From positions 28,426 to 92,425 of IMG/VR virus record IMGVR_UViG_3300010397_000041: DNA of 64,000 nt, one strand, 5' to 3'. The stretch's first letter is position 1. Every line of letters begins with the position of its first letter. The translations under genes and the position numbers were made by a program. The notes beneath the pieces are model-generated. The model made no database searches. It saw only the letters and a program-made list of their open reading frames with translations, and was not told the DNA's origin. The DNA comes from a virus. Positions 1 to 9,340 of the stretch are shown in pieces.

Positions 1-75
1 TCGCAGTAGCTCATCCATGACGCGCAGGCGCTCCGCCGTCGCGGCGGGCAAGGGCGGGCGGTCCGCGAGAGCCAT
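1..75 (-). CDS. Hypothetical protein, only the 5' end in window (MALADRPPLPAATAERLRVMDELLR...)
   Basis: ATG at 73-75 overlaps the TGA of the upstream gene; frame open to window edge. Confidence 0.6.
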   Translation of the reverse strand, partial: MALADRPPLPAATAERLRVMDELLR

Positions 76-425
76 CACGACGCGTTCGCCCTCCGGTTGA
101 GCGCGGCGACGTATTCGCGCGAGATCTCCGCGGTGCGGACGAGGGCGGGAACAACCTCGGCGCGGACGAAATTCTCGGCCTGGTCGAGCTTGGCCCGCAG
201 GGCGATGATCTCGGCGTCCTTCGCGGCGATGACCTGGTCTTTCGCCGCGATCTCGGCGTCGTGTGCCGCGTCCTGTCGGGTCACGACCCAGTAGGGCACC
301 AGCACCCGGAACACGATCATCGCGATGGCGAGACCGGGGATGCCGTAGCCGAGGAGCTGGGCGAGGAGGTCGGGCGGATCGTTGGCCGCGGCCGCGGCGA
401 GTGCCAATACGGACGCGGGCATCAT
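75..425 (-). CDS. Holin-like membrane protein (TM segment plus coiled coil)
   Basis: Hydrophobic LLGYGIPGLAIAMIVFRVLVPYW followed by a coiled coil; follows the tail genes; GAGG upstream of ATG. Confidence 0.6.
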   Translation of the reverse strand: MMPASVLALAAAAANDPPDLLAQLLGYGIPGLAIAMIVFRVLVPYWVVTRQDAAHDAEIAAKDQVIAAKDAEIIALRAKLDQAENFVRAEVVPALVRTAEISREYVAALNRRANAS

Positions 426-682
426 CGGCGACTGGCCTCGTTCCGCTCGTCGCAATCACAGGCGGACCGCCTGCGGTGGTGGCGCGCGGCTTCCGGTCGT
501 CGCGACAGGAGGCCCGGTCAGGGGCCGGCCGGATGTGGTGAGGTCGCGTCGTGGCGGCAGCGGACAATCACTCGCTCGTCGGCGGATACCAGCGACGGCT
601 GGTGACGGGGGGTCCATGCGCCGCAGGGTTTGCCTCTAACCTGCCAGGGCCGCGGTGGATCCGGTCGGGGTCGAGGATCGGT

Positions 683-3058
683 TTAGGTCGGTAGGACTGG
701 CGACAACTGGCAGGTCACTTTCCACGACTGCGACCCCGGCTCCACCATGATCGAATGGGACAGCGCGTCGACGTAGCCGTTGAACGTCCAGCTGGGTGCG
801 CCGAGCGGGCGGACCACCACCCGATTCAGGTCGGAGATGTCCATCAGGAGTGCGGGGGTAAAAAGCTGCGTCGGGTTAGCCGACGGTTCAAACTGGAAAG
901 CGGCCAGCCTGCTCCGCGGATCTTTATACTGGCGCAGCAACAGGTTCGCCCGGTTCTGTGCTTCCGAGGTGAGGGCGACTTTGATGGTCGCCGTATAGGT
1001 GCGAGACAAATACTGCTGCGCAGACGTGGCGTTAGTCACCCGGAACTGGGGGCCGCCGTCTTGGGTGATGCTGACCGTGTTGTAGATGTACGTCGGATCG
1101 TCATCAATCTGCAACGAGTCCAACTGGTACGGCAGGCCCGCGGTCGGGTCGAAAATGTTTTGCGGCGTGCTTTGGCCTGGCCGCCACTGGTTGTCCTCGA
1201 AACAGGGCGACCCGTCGGCCAGCGAGTAGACCTGGCCGTGTTCGGCGTCGCCCTGGTCCTGGGCGGCGTCCAAGGCCGACTGACCTGCCAGCCCCTTGAG
1301 CCCGTAGCTGTTGGACGCGGAGGCCACCGAGCCGGCGAACACCAGTCCGCCCATGATGCTGCGATAGTTGAACGGCCATCCCCAGTAGTTCAACACCCGG
1401 GCGAACCGCTCACCGGTGGTCTCACTCGCATAGCCGCCGTTCACACCCACCTGGGCGTGGGCCTGAATCCGGGCCAGTGGGAGCACCTGGTTGTAGAACG
1501 CGACATGGCTGACAAAGCCCTGGTAGACGTTGTTGGCGGAGCTGCCGAGCCAGTCGCCACCGACAACAGTGTGTGCGACCGTGGAGCCAAGCGACGGTGT
1601 TCCGGTGTACAGCTGGGTAAGCGACACGCCGTAGGTGCTGTAGTAGAAGGTCACCGTCCCGCCCGCAGAGACGGTGACGCACAGATAGACGCCGAGACCC
1701 AGGCCCGGGAAATACGCCCCCGGACTGGTGTAAACGGTAGTCCCACCGACAACCAGCCGAATGGTGTTCGTTGACCCGGCCCCGATGACGATTTCAATGC
1801 CAGTCGGCGATCCGCCCGAGGTGAGGTGGCAGAACAGTGGCCCGTTGGTCGTTGCTGTCGACCCGTCCTGCGCGGCGAACAGTTCGACTGTGTAATCCTG
1901 GCCGTGGACAAGGTTCGCCCCGGTCGCCGACGAGAAGTCGAGCACATCGCCGTGGGACGACGACACCCCGGACGGGTTCATGTTCACCGACGACGCGCCA
2001 TCGTAGATGATCGACGGTCCGCCGAACTGGGAGAAACCCGGGAACGGGGATGACGAGACGAATGTGGACGTGGCACCGGCGGCGACAATGTCGCCGCCCT
2101 GCGGTGTCGACGCCGCCTCGTCCAGTGGGTAGAAGCTCACCGGGTTGTCGAGGAGAACTTCCTCCTCATAGGTCGTCCGCAGTTCCCCCTGGGACAGGGC
2201 GGCCAGCGAGTCGACACAGGTGATCTGCGGCAGTGACAGTGCCGGGTCCTGCCAGGTCTGCGGCCATCTCTCGACGAACCCAGCCCACAGCGGGTAGGTG
2301 TTGCCCTGCCAAATCGCCTTGATCCGAATCGGGACGATCGGGGCAAGATTCGGATAGTAGGGTCCCGAGGTGTTGTTCGGATCAAACCTGCCACCCGTGT
2401 TGTCCACGGTGAGCGTCGCCGTGCCGGCCTCGAAACGCCCCAGCTCGTACTGCCTCGACGACCGGGTCAGATCCAAACTTCGGACGTATCGGCTGATGTC
2501 TGTCCAGCCGAACCCGGACGCTGGCGACACCGTCGTCACCACGGCGGCAAGCGAATGCAGCTCACCGCCCGAGCAGCCCAGCCACGTGACGAGGAGTTGC
2601 AGCCGCGACGCGCCGAAGCCCGCCGTCGAGGTGATCGTGACCGTGGTCCAGCTCGACGTCCCGTCGAGAAACCCCACCGACGTCGAGTTGATGAGGGTCA
2701 CGCCTGCGGCGTCGTACCACTGGGCGACCGCAGACCCGAATCGGCCCACGGAACCGGCCCGTACCCGCAAGGTGATCGTGTACTGCCCGGTGGGGACGAC
2801 TGTCCCCGGATCGGTATCGACACCAACGGTCATGTTGCCGTTGCTGGCCGCGCCGACGAGGAGACTGTTCCGGTAGGGCAGTGGTGCGAAGTTCGGGTTC
2901 AGCAACAGGTTGGCGTTGCCGCCGTTCTGCCAGTTGCCGATCGACCGGGCGAAGGTGGCGCTGTCGCCGCAGATCGGCGGGTAGGTCAACGGGCTCGCCG
3001 GGTCCAGGCTGAACGCGCACTCGACGGTGATCTGTGGCCAGGTCGCTGACATGGCCAC
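683..3058 (-). CDS. Tail tip/hub protein with carbohydrate-binding-like and LamG/concanavalin-like inserts
   Basis: Directly after tape measure; WTDISRYVRS...AGTATLTVDN..GRFDP hub motif; VSFYPLDE...HVAFYNQVL LamG pattern. Confidence 0.8.
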   Translation of the reverse strand: MAMSATWPQITVECAFSLDPASPLTYPPICGDSATFARSIGNWQNGGNANLLLNPNFAPLPYRNSLLVGAASNGNMTVGVDTDPGTVVPTGQYTITLRVRAGSVGRFGSAVAQWYDAAGVTLINSTSVGFLDGTSSWTTVTITSTAGFGASRLQLLVTWLGCSGGELHSLAAVVTTVSPASGFGWTDISRYVRSLDLTRSSRQYELGRFEAGTATLTVDNTGGRFDPNNTSGPYYPNLAPIVPIRIKAIWQGNTYPLWAGFVERWPQTWQDPALSLPQITCVDSLAALSQGELRTTYEEEVLLDNPVSFYPLDEAASTPQGGDIVAAGATSTFVSSSPFPGFSQFGGPSIIYDGASSVNMNPSGVSSSHGDVLDFSSATGANLVHGQDYTVELFAAQDGSTATTNGPLFCHLTSGGSPTGIEIVIGAGSTNTIRLVVGGTTVYTSPGAYFPGLGLGVYLCVTVSAGGTVTFYYSTYGVSLTQLYTGTPSLGSTVAHTVVGGDWLGSSANNVYQGFVSHVAFYNQVLPLARIQAHAQVGVNGGYASETTGERFARVLNYWGWPFNYRSIMGGLVFAGSVASASNSYGLKGLAGQSALDAAQDQGDAEHGQVYSLADGSPCFEDNQWRPGQSTPQNIFDPTAGLPYQLDSLQIDDDPTYIYNTVSITQDGGPQFRVTNATSAQQYLSRTYTATIKVALTSEAQNRANLLLRQYKDPRSRLAAFQFEPSANPTQLFTPALLMDISDLNRVVVRPLGAPSWTFNGYVDALSHSIMVEPGSQSWKVTCQLSPVLPT

Positions 3059-3067
3059 CCCTGCCGG

Positions 3068-5467
3068 TCAGGCGATCTGCAACCCGTTGTTGATGTTGCG
3101 GCGTTGGTTGCGCAAAGCCTGTTTCTGCACGATCCGGAACAGGGTCACACCGTCGACCTGGACGACAATGTCCGGCGGCTGCTGAGACCCGCGACTCCCC
3201 CCGCCGCTGGTCGCCGAGCCCCAGGATGAGGCGGAGCCGACCCAGCCGCCCGATGCCTTCCCGCCGGCGAGGATCGATCGGGTCTGGCTGGCGGTGTGGA
3301 TGTAGGCCGAGCCGCCGAACACCGCCAGCTCCGGGCCGCGCTCGCCGACCAAGACGGCGCGGCCGACCGGTGGGGAACCTCCCTCGGCGAACGGCAGGAT
3401 CTTGTTCGCTTTGCCGATGATCCCGCCGACTTTGCCTGCCGCGGTGGAGATCAGACCGATCCCTTTACCGATCACATCGAAAATCGGTTTCAGGAACTTC
3501 CACGCCACATCGACCGTGTCCTTGATCCCGCGCCACAGGAGATCCCAGCCGGCTTTGAACAGTCGCAGCTGGGCGCCGATGAACAGGTCGAGTCCGGTGC
3601 CGATCAGATGGAACGTCGGCCCGAGCAGGTTTTTCCACGCCCAGGAGACGACCGAGCTTAGAATGTTCCAGCCGATCCGCCAGGCGCCCACAAACAGCCG
3701 CAGCGCGAAACCGAGGATCACATCGAACGCGGCGGCGATCAGATGAAACGTCGGGCTGATGACGGTCCGCCACGCCCACAGCACCGTCGGAATGATCATC
3801 GCACGGAATAGCCAGATCCACATGGCGGCTTGCAGACGCAGCGGGATCAGTAGAATGTTAAGCCCGGTAGCGATGCCGCGAAAGACGGGTTGGAGAAAAC
3901 GCCAGGTGGCCTGCGCCGCGTCGACGATCTGCTTGTGGAAAAATCGCCAGGCCAGCAGGAAAGGTGCTAGCGGCAAGATCAGGATCGCGGCGACGATCTC
4001 CCAGTTTTTCTTCAGCCAGCCAATCGTGTCCCGCCAGCCGACCTTCATCCAGCCCCAGAAATCCGACAGCCAGCGTTTCACCGTCGACCAGTGCTTCACA
4101 ATTTCGTAGATCGCCACACCCAGGGCCACAACGGCGGCGATCACCAGGAACACCGGGTTCACAGCGAACGCCGCCTCGGACTCCTCTCCGGCCAAGATGA
4201 AGTCTTTGGCCGCCAGCAGCACGGCCTTCCCCATCTGGGCGGCACTCTTGGCGACATTCGCCATCCAGACGACGATCGACAGGGCCATCAGCGCGCCGAT
4301 CGCGGCGACCAGACCCTCGGTGATGTTCTTGTGACGGGCGAACCAGTCCCCGAGGGCCGTCAACGGCGGGATCAGTTTGTTTCCGATTTGAATGCCCAGC
4401 GACTCGGCCGAAGCCTTCAAACGGTCGACTTTGTTCTTGAAAGTGTCCTGAGTGGCCGCCCACGACGCGGCGAACTGATTACCGCCCCTGTCGACTTCCT
4501 CATACTTGTTCTGCAACTTGTCGTACTGGTCCATGAGCACATTGACGCCAGTGCCCGCCTTCTTGCCGAACATTGTCGTCAATACGGCGCCAGCCTGGGT
4601 GCCGGTGATCCCAGCCTTCTGCAGTCGGTCGTGCAGGTCGGTCAGCGCCTTGTTCAGGCCACCGGTCTGCATGTCTTTCGCCAGGGTCTTGCTGGTCAAG
4701 CCAAGCGCGGCGAGCTGCTCGCGCGCCGCCTTACCGGCCGCAGGTGTTGCCAGCGCCTGCACGGACATCCGCAACGCGGTACCAGCGGCAGCACCGCGAA
4801 TGTTGTTGTCACCGAAAAGCGCCAACGCGGCCGAGGCGTCGCGCATCGACAGGCCGTAGCCCTTGATGACCGCGATCATGCCGCCGCCCATCGCGTCGGC
4901 AAGGTCTTGCATGTGCATGTCACCGGCGCCGACGGTGGCGTTGAGCATTCCCATCGCCTTGTCAAGGTTCTCGTCGCCAGGTATCTGGGCGGTCATCGCG
5001 GCGCCGAGCGCGTTGGTGACGTCGACCAGGTTCGCGCCGCCGATCTTGGCACCTTCGGCGGACGTTTTGAGCAGCGCCATTGCCTTGGCGCCGGTCAGCC
5101 CTGTGCCGGCGAACTGCGATTCGATGTGGTAAAGCGCCTCGGCCAGCGAGTCGGGGCCTTCACCGACCTGCCCGGCGAGTTTGAGGACGCCGTTGGACAG
5201 GCCCTTGATCTGGTCCTGTGCCACACCGGCCTGGGTGTGAATCATCTCCATGGAGGCGTCGAAGTTCATCGCCAGATGAACCGACTCGGCGCCTACACCG
5301 GCGAGGGCCAGGGCGCCGACTTTGCCGAAGGTGGAGAAAGCCTTGTTCATCGCGCCGAGCCGGCCCTCGGACTCGGAAATGCCCTTGGAAAGCTCGGCCG
5401 TATCGCCCACAAACTTGATCAGTACCGGCGGGAGGAGGCCTCCGAACTCACCCATGGGCCCCGCCAC
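3068..5467 (-). CDS. Tape measure protein
   Basis: 799 aa, Ala/Gly-rich helical, AGTALRMS motif, periodic Trp repeats, FAEGG...LVGERGPEL motif. Confidence 0.95.
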   Translation of the reverse strand: MAGPMGEFGGLLPPVLIKFVGDTAELSKGISESEGRLGAMNKAFSTFGKVGALALAGVGAESVHLAMNFDASMEMIHTQAGVAQDQIKGLSNGVLKLAGQVGEGPDSLAEALYHIESQFAGTGLTGAKAMALLKTSAEGAKIGGANLVDVTNALGAAMTAQIPGDENLDKAMGMLNATVGAGDMHMQDLADAMGGGMIAVIKGYGLSMRDASAALALFGDNNIRGAAAGTALRMSVQALATPAAGKAAREQLAALGLTSKTLAKDMQTGGLNKALTDLHDRLQKAGITGTQAGAVLTTMFGKKAGTGVNVLMDQYDKLQNKYEEVDRGGNQFAASWAATQDTFKNKVDRLKASAESLGIQIGNKLIPPLTALGDWFARHKNITEGLVAAIGALMALSIVVWMANVAKSAAQMGKAVLLAAKDFILAGEESEAAFAVNPVFLVIAAVVALGVAIYEIVKHWSTVKRWLSDFWGWMKVGWRDTIGWLKKNWEIVAAILILPLAPFLLAWRFFHKQIVDAAQATWRFLQPVFRGIATGLNILLIPLRLQAAMWIWLFRAMIIPTVLWAWRTVISPTFHLIAAAFDVILGFALRLFVGAWRIGWNILSSVVSWAWKNLLGPTFHLIGTGLDLFIGAQLRLFKAGWDLLWRGIKDTVDVAWKFLKPIFDVIGKGIGLISTAAGKVGGIIGKANKILPFAEGGSPPVGRAVLVGERGPELAVFGGSAYIHTASQTRSILAGGKASGGWVGSASSWGSATSGGGSRGSQQPPDIVVQVDGVTLFRIVQKQALRNQRRNINNGLQIA

Positions 5468-5480
5468 TCTGCGTCGGAAA

Positions 5481-5903
5481 CTACCGGTAGAAGGTTTTCG
5501 CGAAGGCGGCGAGTGCTGCTGTCTGCGCGGGACCGGCCATCACGATCGCCCGTGCGGGTTCCACGTAGGGACGTGGTGGCAGTCGCCGGTAGCCGAGTTC
5601 CTGCGCCCGCGCGTAGACCATTGTCGGGCCGACCTCGACATAGGCCGGCCGTGAGTCCTTGTGCGGCTTGACGATGATCGATCGGCGCAGAGATCCGGAC
5701 ACGATCGCGGGCGGTTCCCCGGGTGGGCTCGGAGTCGGGGTGCCTTTCGGATGGCTGTACCGCGACAACTGCCTTTTGATCTCGGTTTCGCCGACATGGG
5801 CTGCTGCGGTCGCCGCGGCCAGCCCGGCGGCTTCAGCCTGGGCACCGAGCCGTTCCAACGCCCGCAGTGTCGCCTCCATCGAGATGACGAGTCCGCCGGC
5901 CAT
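5481..5903 (-). CDS. HK97 gp10-like neck/tail-completion protein
   Basis: PGEPPAIVSGSLRRSI, VYARAQELG, LPPRPYVEPA motifs; ATG at 5901-5903 coupled to the upstream stop. Confidence 0.8.
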   Translation of the reverse strand: MAGGLVISMEATLRALERLGAQAEAAGLAAATAAAHVGETEIKRQLSRYSHPKGTPTPSPPGEPPAIVSGSLRRSIIVKPHKDSRPAYVEVGPTMVYARAQELGYRRLPPRPYVEPARAIVMAGPAQTAALAAFAKTFYR

Positions 5904-6094
5904 CAGCCATCCCCCTGGCGGGCCTGCTCCATGTCGCGGCGCTGCCGCCGTTCCCGGCCCTTGTCGAGCGCAAGGGCGGCGTGCCGCATCTGATCCGCGA
6001 GGGGCAGCGGCAGCGCATCCACCTCGTTCGGCGTCCAGCGCCAGCGGTCGGCGAACCACACGTAGTCGGCGGCCTCGACCAGCCAGCCCGGCAA
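5903..6094 (-). CDS. Tail assembly chaperone, downstream (T-like) frame, probably made as a -1 frameshift fusion
   Basis: RWRWTPNEVDALP motif; frame is -1 relative to the upstream chaperone and open across its stop. Confidence 0.75.
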   Translation of the reverse strand: MPGWLVEAADYVWFADRWRWTPNEVDALPLPLADQMRHAALALDKGRERRQRRDMEQARQGDG

Positions 6095-6138
6095 CGGATG
6101 CTGACCGGGCCCCAGGTCGTAGCCCTCAGCGACCTGGC

Positions 6139-6594
6139 TTAGGCGGCTGAGGGCACGGAAGGGGACTGCGGATCGGAGCTTGGCTCCGTGTCGAGCTCCG
6201 CCGTCACGATCTCCATGACGGGGGCGAGGCGGCGCTCGATCGGGTTCGAGACGAGCATGTTCAGCTCGTCGAGCTCGTCGTCGGACAGGTCGCGGGGAAT
6301 CGGCAGCGGCGTGCCGTCAGCGCGGGTCAGCGACCAGGCGACGACCCAGAGGCGGAAGACCGCATCCAGGCTGGCGATGCCAGCACCAGTTGTCACCTCG
6401 TCGTCAACCTTTGACAGGTCGCCGTCGGCCTCGGCCACAGCCCGGGCGGCGCCACGAGACGCTGACATGATCTTCTTGCGGTCGCCGCGGGTGACGCGGT
6501 AGGGGTCGCGGATGTCGGCCCACTGATCTGGGCCGAACTCCCTGGTGGTGGGCAGGGGGACACGGACCAGTGCCGCATGCTGGGTGTTGGACAA
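6139..6594 (-). CDS. Tail assembly chaperone (G-like)
   Basis: Between tail tube and tape measure; VVAWSLTRADGTPLPIP motif; GGAGG 5 nt before TTG start. Confidence 0.8.
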   Translation of the reverse strand: MSNTQHAALVRVPLPTTREFGPDQWADIRDPYRVTRGDRKKIMSASRGAARAVAEADGDLSKVDDEVTTGAGIASLDAVFRLWVVAWSLTRADGTPLPIPRDLSDDELDELNMLVSNPIERRLAPVMEIVTAELDTEPSSDPQSPSVPSAA

Positions 6595-6716
6595 AGAGGC
6601 CTCCGACGGTAAGGCGGTCGAGACCCGCCCCCGGGGGGACCACACAGCCGGGGCGGGAAACAGAAGAGGCCCGCACACCGGCGGGCCTTGGGAAGGGGCT
6701 GCGGCGCAGGCGCCGG

Positions 6717-7934
6717 CTACTGGTAGGTGCCGGTCGGTGTAGCCGACTGCAAAGTGACCTTGATCGGGGAGTAGCCGCCGCTGGCCCCGGCGTCGGACGT
6801 GTTGGCGTCCGCTTCCAGGTCGGTTTCGACGGTGAGGTAGGTGCCGCCGCGTCCGAGCTTCGTGTTCTTGTAGACGCACTTGGACATGTGCAGCTTCACC
6901 TGCACCAGCGCACTTCCAGTCCCCTCGGTGAAGTTGATGTCGACCGACGGGATCGTGACGTTCAAATAGCGGCGGACCTCGGTCTCGTCCGCGGCGATGA
7001 ACGTCAACTTGCCGGTGACCTCGACCGGGCCGAGCCACACGTTGTAGGGGCCCTGCGCGCCGTCGGTCGTGTGCTGGACCTTGACGTCGCGTTTGATGCT
7101 GATCTCACCCGACTCGGTGTACTGCACCGCCGAGCCGCCGAGCGTGACCACACCGGTCCACACCGGGATCGGTGTGGTGGTGGATGTCCAGGACGCGGTC
7201 GGCTTGGTGACGATGCCGCTGGGCCAGCCCGTCAGCTTGACGGTGTAGGTGAGAAGACCCTCACTGTTAAACGTGATCGTCAGTTCGCTGACCACATGCC
7301 CCGGGTAGGCGCGGGCAGTGTTCGATCCGGCGAGGCCGGACTGGTAGTCGGTGACGGTGAGCGTCTCGGGCTGGCCGCCGCCGTAGTTCCCCGCAGAGTT
7401 CTTGATCGCGAACGTGTGGGTGTACGGAGCCGACCCACCCGAGCTCGTGTAGTCCCCGAGCAGCGCGCCCAGCCAGAAGCCGAACGACTCGGGGAACACG
7501 TCACCGGAGGCGCCGTACTCGCCGTGGATGACACCCGGCACCGTGCCGTAGTTGACGACCTCCGACCCCCGATAGCCGGTGTCCTTCAGCAGCGTCAGGT
7601 TGTCGAACGGCTCCGGCGGCTTCACCGGGATGAACATCGACGGGGCGTCGGCCGCCGCGGTCACCACGACCAGCACCCCCGCCGTGTGGGCGTTGGCCAG
7701 CGCCGAGCAGGTGATCGTCGTGCCGGCGATCGCAGAGTAGGCCACCGTCTCGGTGAGCGTTCCCGCGGACGACGGGTCGTAGATCGTGATGAAGCCGGAT
7801 GCCGGCCAACTCGTCGTGTCCGACACGACGATCGACGTCGCCGCCGCCGACACGGAGGTAGTCAGCAGCGACTTGTACTTGTCGAGCGCGACGCCGATAT
7901 AGCTGAGATTGGATGCCTGGCCTGGCGCGCCCAT
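6717..7934 (-). CDS. Major tail tube protein
   Basis: YIGVALD N-terminus, PYTHTF, TLTVTD, beta-rich; position before the chaperones. Confidence 0.85.
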   Translation of the reverse strand: MGAPGQASNLSYIGVALDKYKSLLTTSVSAAATSIVVSDTTSWPASGFITIYDPSSAGTLTETVAYSAIAGTTITCSALANAHTAGVLVVVTAAADAPSMFIPVKPPEPFDNLTLLKDTGYRGSEVVNYGTVPGVIHGEYGASGDVFPESFGFWLGALLGDYTSSGGSAPYTHTFAIKNSAGNYGGGQPETLTVTDYQSGLAGSNTARAYPGHVVSELTITFNSEGLLTYTVKLTGWPSGIVTKPTASWTSTTTPIPVWTGVVTLGGSAVQYTESGEISIKRDVKVQHTTDGAQGPYNVWLGPVEVTGKLTFIAADETEVRRYLNVTIPSVDINFTEGTGSALVQVKLHMSKCVYKNTKLGRGGTYLTVETDLEADANTSDAGASGGYSPIKVTLQSATPTGTYQ

Positions 7935-8128
7935 CAGCCCTCACCACCCTCGGAAACAGGCGCCGGAACCTCGAGGGGCTCGGCGGGGTCAGACCCGTCG
8001 GCGGGCTGCCAGCGATGCGGATCGGGCGCGGCCGCCAAGTCGACGACGTCACCGGGTCGTGCGGTCAGCGAGAGGTCCGGGTAGTAGCGCTCCAACCCGT
8101 CGGGCGGGTGGTAACGGAAGGCGGGCAC
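7934..8128 (-). CDS. Small virion-associated hypothetical protein
   Basis: 64 aa; its stop is coupled to the tail tube start. Confidence 0.6.
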   Translation of the reverse strand: MPAFRYHPPDGLERYYPDLSLTARPGDVVDLAAAPDPHRWQPADGSDPAEPLEVPAPVSEGGEG

Positions 8129-8138
8129 GGCGACGCGG

Positions 8139-8171
8139 CCCCTCCCTTCGGGCTCGTAATGGTGGGAGGGG
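8139..8171. terminator. Intergenic hairpin (CCCCTCCC...GGGAGGGG)
   Basis: 8-bp inverted repeat between two genes; no U-tract. Confidence 0.35.
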
Positions 8172-8185
8172 CTGGCTGACGGTGG

Positions 8186-8365
8186 CTACCCGCCGGCGAG
8201 GAAGCTGTCGAAGGCGCGAGCCCAGCCGATGACTACATCGGAGGTCGCCGAGCGGGCCGCCTGGTGTTCGCCAAGCCAGTCCAACGCCCGGTCGAGCGCG
8301 GCCAGCCTGCGCAGTTGCTCGGGCGGCAGGTCTGGGTAGACGTCGCCGGGCTCGTCGTCATCCAC
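8186..8365 (-). CDS. Hypothetical 59-aa protein (MDDDEPGDVYPDLPPEQLRRLAALDRALDW...AFDSFLAGG), below the ORF-track cutoff
   Basis: Translated by hand; fills the gap in the operon. Confidence 0.6.
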   Translation of the reverse strand: MDDDEPGDVYPDLPPEQLRRLAALDRALDWLGEHQAARSATSDVVIGWARAFDSFLAGG

Positions 8366-8371
8366 CGGGCA

Positions 8372-8785
8372 TCACGTCTTCTTTTTGCGTCGGGTGCTCT
8401 TGCGACGATGAGCGGGCTTCTTGTGGTGAACGCCTTTTCGCCGCGGTTTGTGAGATCCCCTGTGATGGTGTTTCAGCCCGCGTCGCCTGTGTTCGTGAAT
8501 CCCCTTGCGGCGGTGGATCGGATGTTTCAGGTGCCGGTGGCCACCCTTACGGCGATGGACGACCGTCCGGCGGTGCTGGTGGCGTAGGCCACGGCGACGG
8601 GTACCGCGTCGTCTCGATGCCCGTGTCCCTCCGCGGTTCCGCTTCGAGTTTTTGATCTCTTTGCGGACATGGAAGGAGCGGCGGAACGACTTGCCCGGGT
8701 TTCGGTTGCGGGACCGGAAGCCGCGGATATGCAGGCCCTTGCGGGCATGATGTCGGACGACGCGGACCCGGTAGTCGCGGGCCAT
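8372..8785 (-). CDS. Extremely basic protamine-like protein
   Basis: 39 R, 17 K, 20 H and 3 acidic residues in 137 aa; ATG overlaps the upstream TGA. Confidence 0.7.
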   Translation of the reverse strand: MARDYRVRVVRHHARKGLHIRGFRSRNRNPGKSFRRSFHVRKEIKNSKRNRGGTRASRRRGTRRRGLRHQHRRTVVHRRKGGHRHLKHPIHRRKGIHEHRRRGLKHHHRGSHKPRRKGVHHKKPAHRRKSTRRKKKT

Positions 8786-9327
8786 CAGGAGATCACAAGC
8801 TCGGTGGCGGTTGTGACCATGTCGACGCGCACGTAGAACCGGTTGTCCTTCACATCCGGCTCACCTGGGCTGATGTCGATCTCCTCGCCCGCTGTCGAGA
8901 TCGTGTCGAACTTCCGGCCGCCGGTGCCCCATGTCCGGTCCAGCCGGGTGCGGGTGACCAGAGAGTCGAGGAACGTGTCGAAGTCGGCCATCGCGGCCTC
9001 GGTGCGTTGCTGCCGCGAATGAAACTCGATCTCCAGGTAGATCGTGTAGTCGATCTGCTTCTCGCCGCCCGGCGCGATGCCGTCGACACCGCCGCCACCG
9101 AGCGCCCGGCGTCGCTCCTTGGAGTGGACGAGATGCACGGTGCAGACCGCGCCGCTGACCACACCGGAGCCGGGCCAGAAGTCGTCGTCGTTGATCGAAC
9201 GCGGGGGCGCGGTCCACAGGGTGCCCATGAACTGGACGGCGGAGTCGCGGTACATCGTCGGCCGGGTCGGCTGGGCCCGGCCGCCGAACCAGGTGGCGGT
9301 CGCCGCGCGGACGGTGGTGCGGGACAT
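8785..9327 (-). CDS. Tail terminator/head-tail joining protein
   Basis: Position; DFDTFLDSLVTRTRLDRTWG pattern resembling minor tail terminators. Confidence 0.6.
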   Translation of the reverse strand: MSRTTVRAATATWFGGRAQPTRPTMYRDSAVQFMGTLWTAPPRSINDDDFWPGSGVVSGAVCTVHLVHSKERRRALGGGGVDGIAPGGEKQIDYTIYLEIEFHSRQQRTEAAMADFDTFLDSLVTRTRLDRTWGTGGRKFDTISTAGEEIDISPGEPDVKDNRFYVRVDMVTTATELVIS

Positions 9328-9340
9328 GACGCCTCCCGGC

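Noticed and set aside
426-682. Small gene or endolysin between tail tip and holin
   Set aside because: Only short Pro/Arg-rich frames without RBS; no lysin motifs in the window
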